A stretch of DNA of 49,209 bases from Salmonella virus STSR3. Each line of letters begins with the position of its first letter. Positions within the stretch are counted from its first letter, which is position 1. Shown here piece after piece: positions 1 through 10,225 of the stretch. A program made the position numbers and the translations under genes. Below the pieces are notes generated by a model that was given only the letters and a program-made list of their open reading frames with translations, was not told the DNA's origin and did no database searches. The DNA lies in sequence record MT500539.1. One strand, written 5' to 3'.

Positions 1-242
1 AATGTTTTGCATTAACGAGAATGCAGGAACAGCCGGAACCGTTACAACAGGTTTTGTTGACGATGAAGGGCTTGCGTCTCTGACTGGTTCAATCTTCGAT
101 CGCTGTTTATTCACCGGAACGTTTTACAGGGTCAATTATGATACTTCTATCGTTGGCATTCAGTTACCAAAAGGCTTGAACGTTTCACAAAAATGCTATA
201 TTAAAGCCGTTATGTTGACGGCTTTTAAATCGGAATATATTC
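1..242 (+). repeat. Near-identical copy of 40507-40741 (end of gene upstream of major capsid), followed by a jump to the minor tail gene region
   Basis: Direct comparison: 'gttttgcattaacgagaatgcaggaacagccggaaccgttacaacaggttttgttgacgatgaagggcttgcgtctc' occurs at both places, through '...gccgttatg..cggcttttaaat..ggaatatatt'. Confidence 0.9.
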
Positions 243-249
243 TGAAACA

Positions 250-531
250 GATATCAGATTGGTTTCTTTCGGATCCGGATATGAGCAAGTCGCAAGTTCT
301 GGATTTAATACCACACGCCGAGAGTTTGCGATCGTATATGCTGGCCTTGACTACCGGAAGTTTATACATTCTACTCTCATTTCACAACGCCGTTTATGCA
401 AACAACGCAGGGGATTTAGGATTTATTGTGAAGCAAAATTCCATTACAATGACTCCTATCAGTTCAACCGTTCAGGAAGTCAAAGCAACTTTCAGAGAAC
501 AGTTTACTTCCGCAGGTGTTCCACCAATTAC
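250..531 (+). CDS. Minor tail protein, lambda gpM-like (left copy, N-terminus missing, frameshifted)
   Basis: RLVSFGSGYEQVASSGFNTTRREFAIVYAGLDYRKF...; same as right-end copy at 48008-48352. Confidence 0.6.
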
Positions 532-1734
532 GCGAGGTTTATTCATTAAACTGTCTACAAAGTCTTTACCACGGAGAAATAATCACGCTAATCGAAGTCG
601 ATGCAACTCGTTTCGGCGGTCAGATTTACCGTATGCATTCAGAGAATGTTAAATACACGCCAGAGGAATTATTAGAGGCTCAATCAACTGGTGTACTTCC
701 GCCGAAAGATATCGCTTTCCGTGGTAAAGTTTTTGGCGCTCGACCTTTTGGCATTTCAGGATCGGCTTTACTGGTAACGGTAAAGCAGAAAACCAAAGCT
801 GACATTATCGAATCTGGACAGAATCAGCGCAATCCGATCCTATGGTCAAGCGAAGGTCACAATCTGGGTTACGGCTACAAGCTTGATGGATTCAGGAAAC
901 GTCGCCGATGGCGCTTACAGAAAGCTTATTTATTATGTGCGTCCAAGCCCGGTAAAAACGATCGCAGAGTTCGAGCTTACAAGCCCTTACGATATGGATG
1001 GAATTATGCTTCCGGCGCGAGTCACTCAGAGCGTTTGTTATTGGGCGCAAAGGAATTGGTATCGAAGCGGGAAGGGTTGCGGCTATGGCAATCGTATGTT
1101 CGATAAAGACAACAAGCCAGTATCCGATCCGTCATTGGATTATTGCGCGGGAACAGTTACGGCGTGTAAATTGCGTTTCGGAGAAAATAACCCGCTTGAT
1201 TTTGGCGGCGCGGCTGTTGCAAGCCTTGTACGGAGAAATCAAGATGGAATTATGCTTCCGGCGCGAGTCACTCAGAGCGTTTGTTATTGGGCGCAAAGGA
1301 ATTGGTATCGAAGCGGGAAGGGTTGCGGCTATAGCAATCGTATGTTCGATAAAGACAACAAGCCAGTATCCGATCCGTCATTGGATTATTGCGCGGGAAC
1401 AGTTACGGCGTGTAAATTGCGTTTCGGAGAAAATAACCCGCTTGATTTTGGCGGCGCGGCTGTTGCAAGCCTTGTACGGAGAAATCAAGATGGAATTATG
1501 CTTCCGGCGCGAGTACCTCAGAGCGTTTGTTATTGGGCGCAAAGGAATTGGTATCGAAGCGGGAAGGGTTGCGGCTATAGCAATCGTATGTTCGATAAAG
1601 ACAACAAGCCAGTATCCGATCCGTCATTGGATTATTGCGCGGGAACAGTTACGGCGTGTAAATTGCGTTTCGGAGAAAATAACCCGCTTGATTTTGGCGG
1701 CGCGGCTGTTGCAAGCCTTGTCAGGAGAAATCAA
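531..1734 (+). CDS. Minor tail protein, lambda gpL-like, C-terminal domain triplicated (frameshifted N-terminal part)
   Basis: Protein VTQSVCYWAQRNWYRSGKGCGYGNRMFDKDNKPVSDPSLDYCAGTVTACKLRFGENNPLDFGG with spaced cysteines as in gpL-type proteins; located between gpM-like and gpK-like genes. Confidence 0.75.
997..1734 (+). repeat. Three tandem in-frame 246 bp (82 aa) repeats
   Basis: 'gatggaattatgcttccggcgcgagt' starts at 997, 1243 and 1489; right-end copy of the same gene has a single unit. Confidence 0.95.
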
Positions 1735-1736
1735 CA

Positions 1737-2430
1737 ATGTTACAGGCAAAGATAAAACTTGAAATCATGCGCCACACTCAGGAGGGTTTCCCTCTTGAGA
1801 TTTGCGGAGTGGTAACGCAGAAGTCACGCGTTCAAAAATATCACAGGATCACTAACGTGCATCCAGATCCAGAAAATCACTTTGAAATGGATGCATCAGA
1901 ATACACACAGGCGCTTGATAGCGGCGAGTTAATTGCGGTGGTACATTCACACCACGGCGACGGTTGCACCACGTTACCGAGCGTGGCAGACAGCGCACAG
2001 TGTAATGAAATGGGTGTTGCGTGGGTTATCACTTCCTGTCCGGAAGGTGATTTGCGAATCGTACAACCGGAGCGCTTACCTCTGATCGGTCGCCCCGGTC
2101 GCTGGGTTATCAAGATTGCTGGTCTTCATTCCATAAGGAATATGGTATCGAGTATAATTACTCAGTACCATGCGAGTGGTGGAAGGATGGAACGGAGCGC
2201 ATTTATGATGATAACTGGCAGCGTGAAGGTTTTATTGAAGACCGCGAACCAATTTACGGCGATATGTGCATGTTTCAGCTACAGGCACCAGCGAACCACG
2301 CAGGAATATATTGCAATAACGAGCTATTGCACCATAGCGGCAAGTTATCGCGCAAGGATATTTTTCCGGATGGTATCAGGATCACATTGTTCGCATTGGG
2401 CAAGATTTGCCGGAGGATTTGAAATGTCTG
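1737..2430 (+). CDS. Tail assembly protein, lambda gpK-like (MPN/JAMM plus NlpC/P60), frameshifted
   Basis: FPLEICGVV...VVHSHHGDGCTTLPSVADSAQCNEMGVAWVITSCPEGDLRIVQPE; other frames give the cell-wall peptidase-like continuation. Confidence 0.8.
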
Positions 2431-3011
2431 GACTTGTAAAAATTAAACTTTCTGGATCTCTTGGGCGTAGATTTGGAGTTTTTCATGAAATGGCTGTTGC
2501 TTCATGGCCTGAATGCATTAGAGCTATGTCAAGCCGGTTGAAGGATTTAAGGCATTCTTTCAAAGCGAAGTTGGATCACAAATGAAATATGCCATTTTCT
2601 GCGATGGAAAAATATTTCAGTTAGTGATGATGAATCATGGAAAGCTGCTAAAGAGATCCGCATCATTCCTGTTCCGGCTGGTTCTAAATCTGGCGGGATG
2701 TTTCAGATCGTATTGGGAGCTGTCATTGTTGCGGCGTTTTATACTGGAGGCGCATCGCTGGCGGCAATGGGCGCTCTCTCATCTTCTGCGTTTATGATGG
2801 GTGGCGCAATGGTTCTTGGCGGCGTAATGCAGATGATTTCACCGCAGGCAGGCGGCGCGAAGATGAAAGCTGGATCGGCAGAAAATAAACCGTCCTATGC
2901 TTTCGGCGGCGCGGTTAATACCACTGCGGCAGGCTATCCGGTTCCGTTGCCTTATGGAGATCGGACGGTTGGCGGGGCAATATTCAGCGCGGGAAGTTAC
3001 GCCGAGGATAA
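2424..3011 (+). CDS. Tail assembly protein, lambda gpI-like, frameshifted
   Basis: MSGLVKIKLSGSLGRRFG... then AVIVAAFYTGGASLAAMGALSSSAFMMGGAMVLGGVMQMISPQ...NKPSYAFGGAVNTTAAGYPVPLPYGDRTVGGAIFSAG, typical gpI. Confidence 0.8.
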
Positions 3012-3024
3012 AATTAACACTATC

Positions 3025-3047
3025 GCCCCGTCTATACGGGGCTTTTT
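3025..3047 (+). terminator. Rho-independent terminator GCCCCG-tctata-CGGGGC-TTTTT
   Basis: 6 bp GC stem plus T run, between gpI-like and gpJ-like genes. Confidence 0.75.
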
Positions 3048-3083
3048 AACGTTATACTATGCGCTAACAACGGAGGAATAAAC

Positions 3084-6000
3084 ATGGTTAATAAATTACC
3101 AGTTCCAATCGGTGCGAAAGGTGGATCAAGCAAGCCGAAATCACCAACTGAAATGCAAGATAACCTTATATCAATAAATAAGATTAGGGTTTTGCTTGCG
3201 GTGTCGGATGGGGAAATTGATCCTGAATTTTCATTAAAGAACTTATATCTTGACGACGTTCCTGTTGAAAGTTCTGGTGGAGCAATAAACTACCCCGGCG
3301 TCAAAGCAGAGTTTAGGCCCGGAACTCAGTACCGTGATCACATTAAAGGATTCACCGATACTGCTAGCGAAATAACTTTAGGACGAGATATCACCACAAC
3401 AACGCCATATGTAATTGCTGTAACAAATAAAACTCTTGATGCAATAAGAATAAACCAAGAGGCGGGGTTGAAGATGATGGAGATCAGGTCGGCGTTAGCG
3501 TTGAATATGCGGTTGATATTGCTATTGATGGTGGTTCGTATACTCAATACACTGATATCATTGAAGGTAAAACAACAAGCGGCTATGACAGAAGCAGACG
3601 CATTGATTTACCAAGCTTTAATACCCAAGTTTTGCTCAGAATACGCAGGATCACAGCAGACAGCCAATCTAGCAATCTTGTTGATGGTATAAGATTGCAA
3701 AGTTATGCCGAGGTAATAGATGCTAAATTCCGTTATCCTCTGACTGGTCTGGTTTATGTTGAATTTGATTCTGAATTATTCCCAAATCAGATCCCTAATA
3801 TTTCCATCAAAAAGAAATGGAAATTAATAAACGTTCCTACTAACTATGATCCTATAACAAGGACATATTCAGGAACATGGAACGGTTTATGGAAAAAGGC
3901 ATGGTCGAATAATCCTGCTTTCGTTCTGTATGATTTGATTACCAATCAGCGTTACGGACTCGATCAACGCGAATTAGGTATTGAGATTGATAAGTGGAGC
4001 ATTTACGAATGTGCGCAGTATTGTGATCAGATGGTTCCTAATGGGAAAGGAGGAACCGAACCGCGCTACCTTTGCGACGTTGTAATTCAATCCCGTGTTG
4101 AGGCGTATCAGCTTATCCGTGATATTTGCTCAATCTTCCGTGGCATGAGCTTTTGGAACGGCGAAAGCCTGTCAATCGTGATCGATAAGCCGCGCCAGCC
4201 GTCCTACATTTTCAGCAATGAAAACGTAATAGGCGGAGAGTTTACTTACACGTTTGCCAGCGAAAAGAGCATGTACACACAGTGCAACGTGACATTCGAC
4301 GATGCGCAAAACTTTTATTCTCAGGATATTGAGGGCGTATTTGATCCTGAAATGACTTTGCGGTTTGGTCACAATCCAACAGCAATTACAGCGATCGGAT
4401 GTACACGCCGCAGCGAGGCTAACCGCCGAGGGCGCTGGGTTCTGAAAACTAACGTTCGAAGCACAACAGTAAACTTTGCTACTGGCACGGAAGGTATGAT
4501 CCCGACTATCGGCGACGTGATCATTGTGGCGGATAACTTCTGGTCTAGTGCGTTGACTATGAATCTTTCTGGTCGCGTGATGGAGGTTAGCGGGTTGCAG
4601 GTATTCTTACCGTTTAAGGTTGATGCGCGTCCCGGCGATCGCATTATCGTAAACAAGCCAGACGGCGCACCAGTAGGCCGCACGATTGCCAACGTAACGC
4701 CAGACGGCAAGACGATAACGATCAATACAACTTTCGGCTTTGACGTTCAGCCAGATGCAATCTTTGCCATTGAGCGCACAGATTTAGCGCAACAGCAGTA
4801 TGTTGTTACCGAAATCAAACGCGGAGACGGTGAAGAAGAATTTTCGTACAGCATAACTGCTGTTGAATACGATCCGAACAAATACGATGAGATTGATTAT
4901 GGCGTGAACATCGACGACCGCCCTACTTCAATCGTGCAGCCTGACATTCTGCCAGCGCCACAAAACGTGAAAGTGTCGAGCTACAGCCGAATTGTTCAGG
5001 GAATGAGCGTGGAAACAATGCGCGTAACACGAGGTAGAGTATGCGACTCTATACGAACAATGGCGGGATGGCAACTGGAACAACACTCCGCAGACGGCGA
5101 GAGAAATGGAAGTAGAAGGTATTTACGCCGGAAACTATCATGTGAGGGTTCGTTCTGTTGCGTCGAATGGTTCAAGTTCTGGATGGTCTGCAATCGTGAG
5201 TGTTCACCTTTCCGGCAAGGTTGGACCAAACGCACCGATAAACATGACCGCCACCGAAGTTTTGGTATTCGCGTCAAGTGGGGTATGCCTGACGGCTCCG
5301 GAGATACTGCATACATTGAGTTACACCAGCACCCAACGGATCGGACGGACACCCGATCGAAGAGGCGAGCCTTCCGTACCCACAACATGAGTATTGGCAC
5401 AGCATTCCAGCAGGACAAATCTGGTACAAGGCAAGAGCTATTGACAGAATCGGCAACGTTTCAGCTTGGACTCCTTTTGTTCGCGCTTCCGTTGATACAA
5501 GTATCACGGATCATATCAAGGTGGATATTGAGAACTCAGAAGGGTATCAATTCCAAGATAACGCTGACACCACGAACAAAGCACATGCAGCAGCAGAGGC
5601 TACCATTGAAAACGCATCTAATGATAAGGATGTTCGTATCCAGCGAGAGAATGGGAAGTTCACAGCGCAGATTAAAGAGTCTTAACTTATTGCAGATGAG
5701 ACAGAAGCGCGTGTTACTCAAATGTCTCAATTGGAAGCTGATTTTGACGGCAAAATTAACGCCCAAAACAGCGAATGAGAGGTTATTGCGACTGGTGACG
5801 AAGCATGCCGTTCAATTGATGATCTTAGAGCGGAGAGAGACGATATTCAGGGGCAAACCGAGGAGGCTATTACAGAAACAGAAGCGCGTGTTACGGCGGA
5901 TACTGCGTTATCTACCCGCATTGGCAAGGCGGCTATCCAGAAGCTTTCCCGGATTGCCGAGGGTGCTGGCGCGTTCTTGGCCAATACAACGGACAGGAAT

Positions 6001-6590
6001 ACGCTGGGATGGCGTTGTCACTTGTTGGCGATGGCACTGGCGAGTCGCAAATGCTTTTCTCCGCCGATCGGTTTGCAATCATCAGCAACGCACAGGCTGG
6101 AGCGTTTACGCTTCCTTTGTGGTTGAGAATAACCGTGTTTATCAACAGCCTGTTAGTAGATGGAACCATCACAACGGCGAAGATTGCACAGCAAATCAAC
6201 TCCACAAACTGGAGCGGATCGGCTGGATGGATGATGGGGGTATGCATTCCAAGTTACAGGGGGTTTATATGCAAGCGGAGCTTTTGCATTCAACGGAGTT
6301 AATAACACGGTTATTAACGGTAACGGATCAGAGTCATTGCTGGTGGCGGTTATATTATAGTTGGAACATGGTAAAAGATGGGGCGAAAGCCCCAATACAT
6401 GTTTGGAAGAATTGCTGGTATTGGCAATATTATATTTCTTTCTGGCGGTCTACTGCTTACGTTGTAGTTTCCGTAAACTCTATTTCTTTCGGCTCTTACG
6501 TTTCCATTATACATATAAACACCGTTGTATCTTATATTGTCGTATCCGCTTACATATCTGTTTCTCATCCCGTAGTAGCCTTGTATAAAC
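3084..6590 (+). CDS. Central tail fibre / host specificity protein J-like, frameshifted in several places; 3' end uncertain
   Basis: Long conserved ORFs: GLDQRELGIEIDKWSIYECAQYCDQMVPNG..., MSFWNGESLSIVIDKP, then 'MLFSADRFAIISNAQAGAFTLP...INSLLVDGTITTAKIAQQINS' typical of gpJ C-terminal regions. Confidence 0.8.
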
Positions 6591-6661
6591 TTATCACCTA
6601 CGCTTTGATTTCAGGCGCTTCAATTTATAGATCTGTCATATATAAAAGGCTTTTTAATTGT

Positions 6662-7345
6662 TCAAAATGTTACCTGTCCAGCACTGTTTACCATTGTGAT
6701 CCCATTGCCAGCAACAGGAGGTGTATTGTTAAATATAACAAGATCCATTGTCACAGAGCCTGCTACATCATCCATTCCTGTATAACTAAGACTTCTTACA
6801 GTTATATTTGTCCCGTCAAATCCAACTGATACACTATCAGAACTCCATTTTGCAAAAGGTATACCGCTTACTGGAAGCCTAAGATTTCCATTAACAGTAA
6901 CACGCCCTACATATTGACACGTCATTAATTTAGCATTGTTTGATATTGCGGTGAAATTTGTGGAGTTTGCAACATAAAGACCTGAATTGTATATACTTGC
7001 TGGAAGTATTTCCATAAGATACCCAGCCCACTGAGGCGTAAAGCCAGAATAACCCCACTGATTAGCCCCCTTATAATCACACCGGAATTACCATTTCTGG
7101 TTACTGAATTTATATAGAATGCAGTTGGTACAATAACTTGATTGTCTATTACATCAATAACCTCGATTGGGCTTGTTGGTATAATTATAAGTTCAGATCC
7201 AGATGACAACGGAGTGTTTATAGTTAAAGTCTGATCTGACTGACATCTTTGATTAAAAAGTGCAGTATGACGGCGCTCTTAATCCAGCCGTAATTGTCAT
7301 TGGTGGGCGACCGTCATTATAATTTATGTATATACCTTGAGGCAT
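6662..7345 (-). CDS. Tail-associated protein of the MPQGIYINYNDGRPPMTITAG family (DUF6453-like), frameshifted
   Basis: Start codon at 7345 read on minus strand gives MPQGIYINYNDGRPPMTITAGLRAPSYCTF; continuation in ORFs 6925-7209 and 6662-7015. Confidence 0.65.
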
Positions 7346-7347
7346 TA

Positions 7348-7584
7348 TTACCACTCCTTAACTGATACAGAAACTTTTCCGCTAAAGTTGCCTTGAATAT
7401 CATCACTACTCAATCCGATGTATCTCATATCAACCTCGCCAGATGCAACCTTTTTCCCGTTATGCCATTTTAACAAGCAAGCGCCGTATGAGTATGTAGC
7501 GCAAAATCCATCTTCTCTAACTGGTGATGAGCAACCAATCAGAGACAGAGCCGCAATTACCATAATTAACATTTTCATTTTCAA
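7348..7584 (-). CDS. Small lipoprotein, Cor-like superinfection exclusion candidate
   Basis: Intact 78 aa ORF MKMKMLIMVIAALSLIGCSS...: signal peptide plus LIGC lipobox; position just after the tail fibre module as cor in T1/phi80/N15. Confidence 0.6.
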   Translation of the reverse strand: MKMKMLIMVIAALSLIGCSSPVREDGFCATYSYGACLLKWHNGKKVASGEVDMRYIGLSSDDIQGNFSGKVSVSVKEW

Positions 7585-7612
7585 CCCTCCTGTAACGTTT
7601 GATTAGAACTAT

Positions 7613-7651
7613 ACATGACTATCAGATCGATGTTTAGCAATTCGTGCTATT
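7613..7651 (-). promoter_or_regulatory. Dispersed element (AATAGCACGAATTGCTAAA) with -10-like TATAGT downstream, reading into lipoprotein gene
   Basis: Reverse complement of tttagcaattcgtgctatt at 7633-7651; spacing about 21 nt to TATAGT. Confidence 0.6.
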
Positions 7652-8045
7652 GTTGTCTTTTGTTTCATGATGTTCACAACTAGACACTCCGCACTTTTTG
7701 AACCGTTTCGAAAACAAAAAGAACACGCAAAGCCATAGATAGTAATAACGGTGAATAACTAATATTTCTATATAATACAATAAGATAGAGTTTAATTATT
7801 TATATATATCTATATATTGTTTCTTTATGTTTCTCTTGTTTCATTGGTATATTCATACCCCATGTTGTTTGTTGGTATCTATTGATTAATATTTAATCGT
7901 TACGTGGAATTTTTAAGAGTGTATATATAATGGGGTTCCGGCGTATCCGCTAGAACCAGAGAACAGGAAAAGAACGCAATATAAAATCATGCACTTACGC
8001 TGAAATTTTGTTGTCTTTTTCATTTTGATTGTTATGAAAACAAAA

Positions 8046-8088
8046 AATAACACAAATTGATTGACAACCTGCATACAGTCGATAGAAT
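8046..8088 (+). promoter_or_regulatory. Sigma70-like early promoter TTGACA-N16-TAGAAT overlapped by variant of dispersed element
   Basis: AATAACACAAATTGATTGACA at 8046; -35 TTGACA 8061-8066; -10 TAGAAT 8083-8088; followed by RBS AAAGGAG and ATG 8119. Confidence 0.7.
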
Positions 8089-8118
8089 GTACGTAACGAC
8101 AACAAAGGAGAGCAACAT

Positions 8119-9090
8119 GAGCGAATTTAAGGTGTTCACACACAATCAGCTAACTAACGATGAGTATCACGATCCGAAAAGCTGGGCGGCTGAGTACGTA
8201 AGCGGATCAAGCCTTGCTGAGATTTATTTCTCATGCCCGGCAAAGTGGAAGTTTAAGCCACGTGAGGAAACAAAAGCGCTTGTATTCGGTACGCAGTCAC
8301 ATACCAACTTCCGTGCTAAAGAGCTGTTTGAGGCTGAGTACAGACGAGCAACAGATCCAGACGAGGTAAAAATCTCATCACAAGCCGGGCAGCGCCCGCG
8401 AAAAAATCTTTTGGCCCTGGTACAAGCGGGAAAACTTATCCAGATCAAGTTGATTGTGGTGAAGATTACGTTCTTTGGCTTGAAATCGAAGAATGCCGGG
8501 CCAGAGCCGATGGCTTGGTTCCAGCAAAAGATTACGACGCTTGCGTTCGTCGAGTGTTGGAAGGAATACCAGAACACAACGCTTGCAATAGCCCAACAGC
8601 ACAACGTGAGCTTTCAATTTTCGGCACTATCGGAGGCGTTAAGGTTAAGGTCAGATTGGATCACGTTGATGTTGTTAACGATGCGATTAACGTTAAAACT
8701 GGCGTCGATCCTGATGGGTTCCCAATTTACGAATCCGTTACGTATCCAGAAGCCGTTATCACTGACTACAAAACCACGGCAAGTGCTAACCCGAAAGAGT
8801 TTGCACGTTCAGCTTTCGATCACGGTTATTACTAAATGGCGCTACAGCACGACCTGTTTAAGGCTTACCCGGGACACGCCCTGTTATCGTTCGACTGTCG
8901 CAAGAGAAGAAAGAGCCTTATTTGCCGATCGCATTCCGCACGCCCCAATAGATCGGTCGCCAGTACACAATCAATCAGTTTGCGGAGTGTCAGATTGTGG
9001 ATAAATGGCACGGGTATGCGAACAACGCGCCGGAAGAGCTAGATACTCCGCCGTGGGTTCTTAACCAGTTCAAAGGATTCCTGCACTTGC
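8119..9090 (+). CDS. RecE/Cas4-type PD-(D/E)XK exonuclease, frameshifted
   Basis: MSEFKVFTHNQLTNDEYHDP...FSCPAKWKF...ALVFGTQSHTNF...; later frame: IKTGVDPDGFPIYESVTYPEAVITDYKTTASANPKEFARSAFDHGYY. Confidence 0.75.
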
Positions 9091-9141
9091 TAAACGTTAG
9101 TTGGCTGTATAATTGCAGTCAACCAATCAAAGGAGAACGAA

Positions 9142-9745
9142 ATGAGACTTTCAGAAAGCAACCAAAACGTTATTAAGACACTTTTCGAGGCTCGCAAGCT
9201 TTTCACAAAGGTTAAGAAAAACGGCAAGAATACGCACCTTAAAACAGCTACGCAACGCTTGACAGTATGCTTGATGCAATCCCAGCATCAGATCTTGATC
9301 TTTTCCTTACGCAAGATCAGTTTAGCGACGATCAATCAACGACGGTATTCACGCGATTTATTCACGTTGAATCTCATCAATGGGTGGAATACAGTTTCAC
9401 GCTTCCCACTCAGAAACTTGATCCTCAAGGTGGCGGCTCAACAAACAGCTATGCGCGGCGTTACGCTCTTTGTACTTGTCTTGGGCTGGCGACGGCTGAT
9501 GATGATGCACAATCGGTTAAAACGGCTCAGGACTGGAAAAAGACCTTGCCCAGTGCATTGCTATTACCGACCTGCAAGAAACGTTTCAAACGGCTTGCAG
9601 GCAATCTGCCGCAGCGCACCGCGAAGAGCATTACGATCAGCTTTAAGCTCAAACTGCGGCAACGGCGGGTTCACCCCAGCAAAACCGACAAACCTTGCAT
9701 CGGAAGTGGTTGCAAATACACAGCAGGAAGTAAAATCATCCATAG
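9142..9745 (+). CDS. erf: Erf-family single-strand annealing recombinase, frameshifted
   Basis: Hallmark DPQGGGSTNSYARRYALCTCLGLATADDDA plus KKNGKN(x)HLKT N-terminus. Confidence 0.8.
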
Positions 9746-9789
9746 AATCTTTATAATTCGGGGCGGAAACGCCCCAGGAACGAGGGAAA

Positions 9790-10198
9790 CACATTATCAC
9801 TGGTGAAATTCGCAAAGAGCCCATCAAACAAGGACAGAACGGGACGCTTATCGTTGAGCTTTCAGAATCGTATAAGGATCGAGAAGGCAAACGCCAATAC
9901 ACTAACAAATTCTTTTCAACGCCAAGAGCGAAGGAATGACATGGTATGCAGACGCATTCCAGAAAGGAAAAATCATTTCCGTGTCGTGCGATCAGTTGCG
10001 AATTGATCAAAGCGAATATAACGGGCAGATTTATAACACCCTGACAAGTGCAGGATGGCCTAATCTTTCCTTCAGCCAGCGCGGAGAATCTCAACCGCAT
10101 CAGACGCATCAGCAACCACAGCAACAACCACCTCGCCATAATCCTCCAGCACCGGAAATGAGCCACCAATGGATTTCGACGACGATATTCCATTCTGA
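9790..10198 (+). CDS. ssb: Single-stranded DNA-binding protein, frameshifted
   Basis: GEIRKEPIKQGQNGTLIVELSESYKDREGKRQYTNKFFS.../MTWYADAFQKG..., Q/P-rich linker and acidic tip MDFDDDIPF ending at stop 10196-10198. Confidence 0.75.
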
Positions 10199-10202
10199 TG
10201 AA

Positions 10203-10225
10203 AGAAAGCCCGCATTGCGGGCTTT
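10203..10225. terminator. Bidirectional terminator AAAGCCCGC-att-GCGGGCTTTT between convergent SSB and tail fibre genes
   Basis: GC stem flanked by A and T runs at the convergent gene ends. Confidence 0.8.

Noticed and set aside
3632-6829. Single 1065 aa ORF as given in the track
   Set aside because: After about 5100 its frame loses gpJ-like sequence while conserved segments appear in other frames; the tail of the ORF is frameshift noise.
9095-9115. GCACTTGCTAAAC...TATAAT upstream of the Erf gene as another element copy
   Set aside because: Spacing to TATAAT is about 15 nt rather than 20-22 and the left half-site is incomplete; it may be an ordinary promoter or an indel-damaged copy, so not counted.
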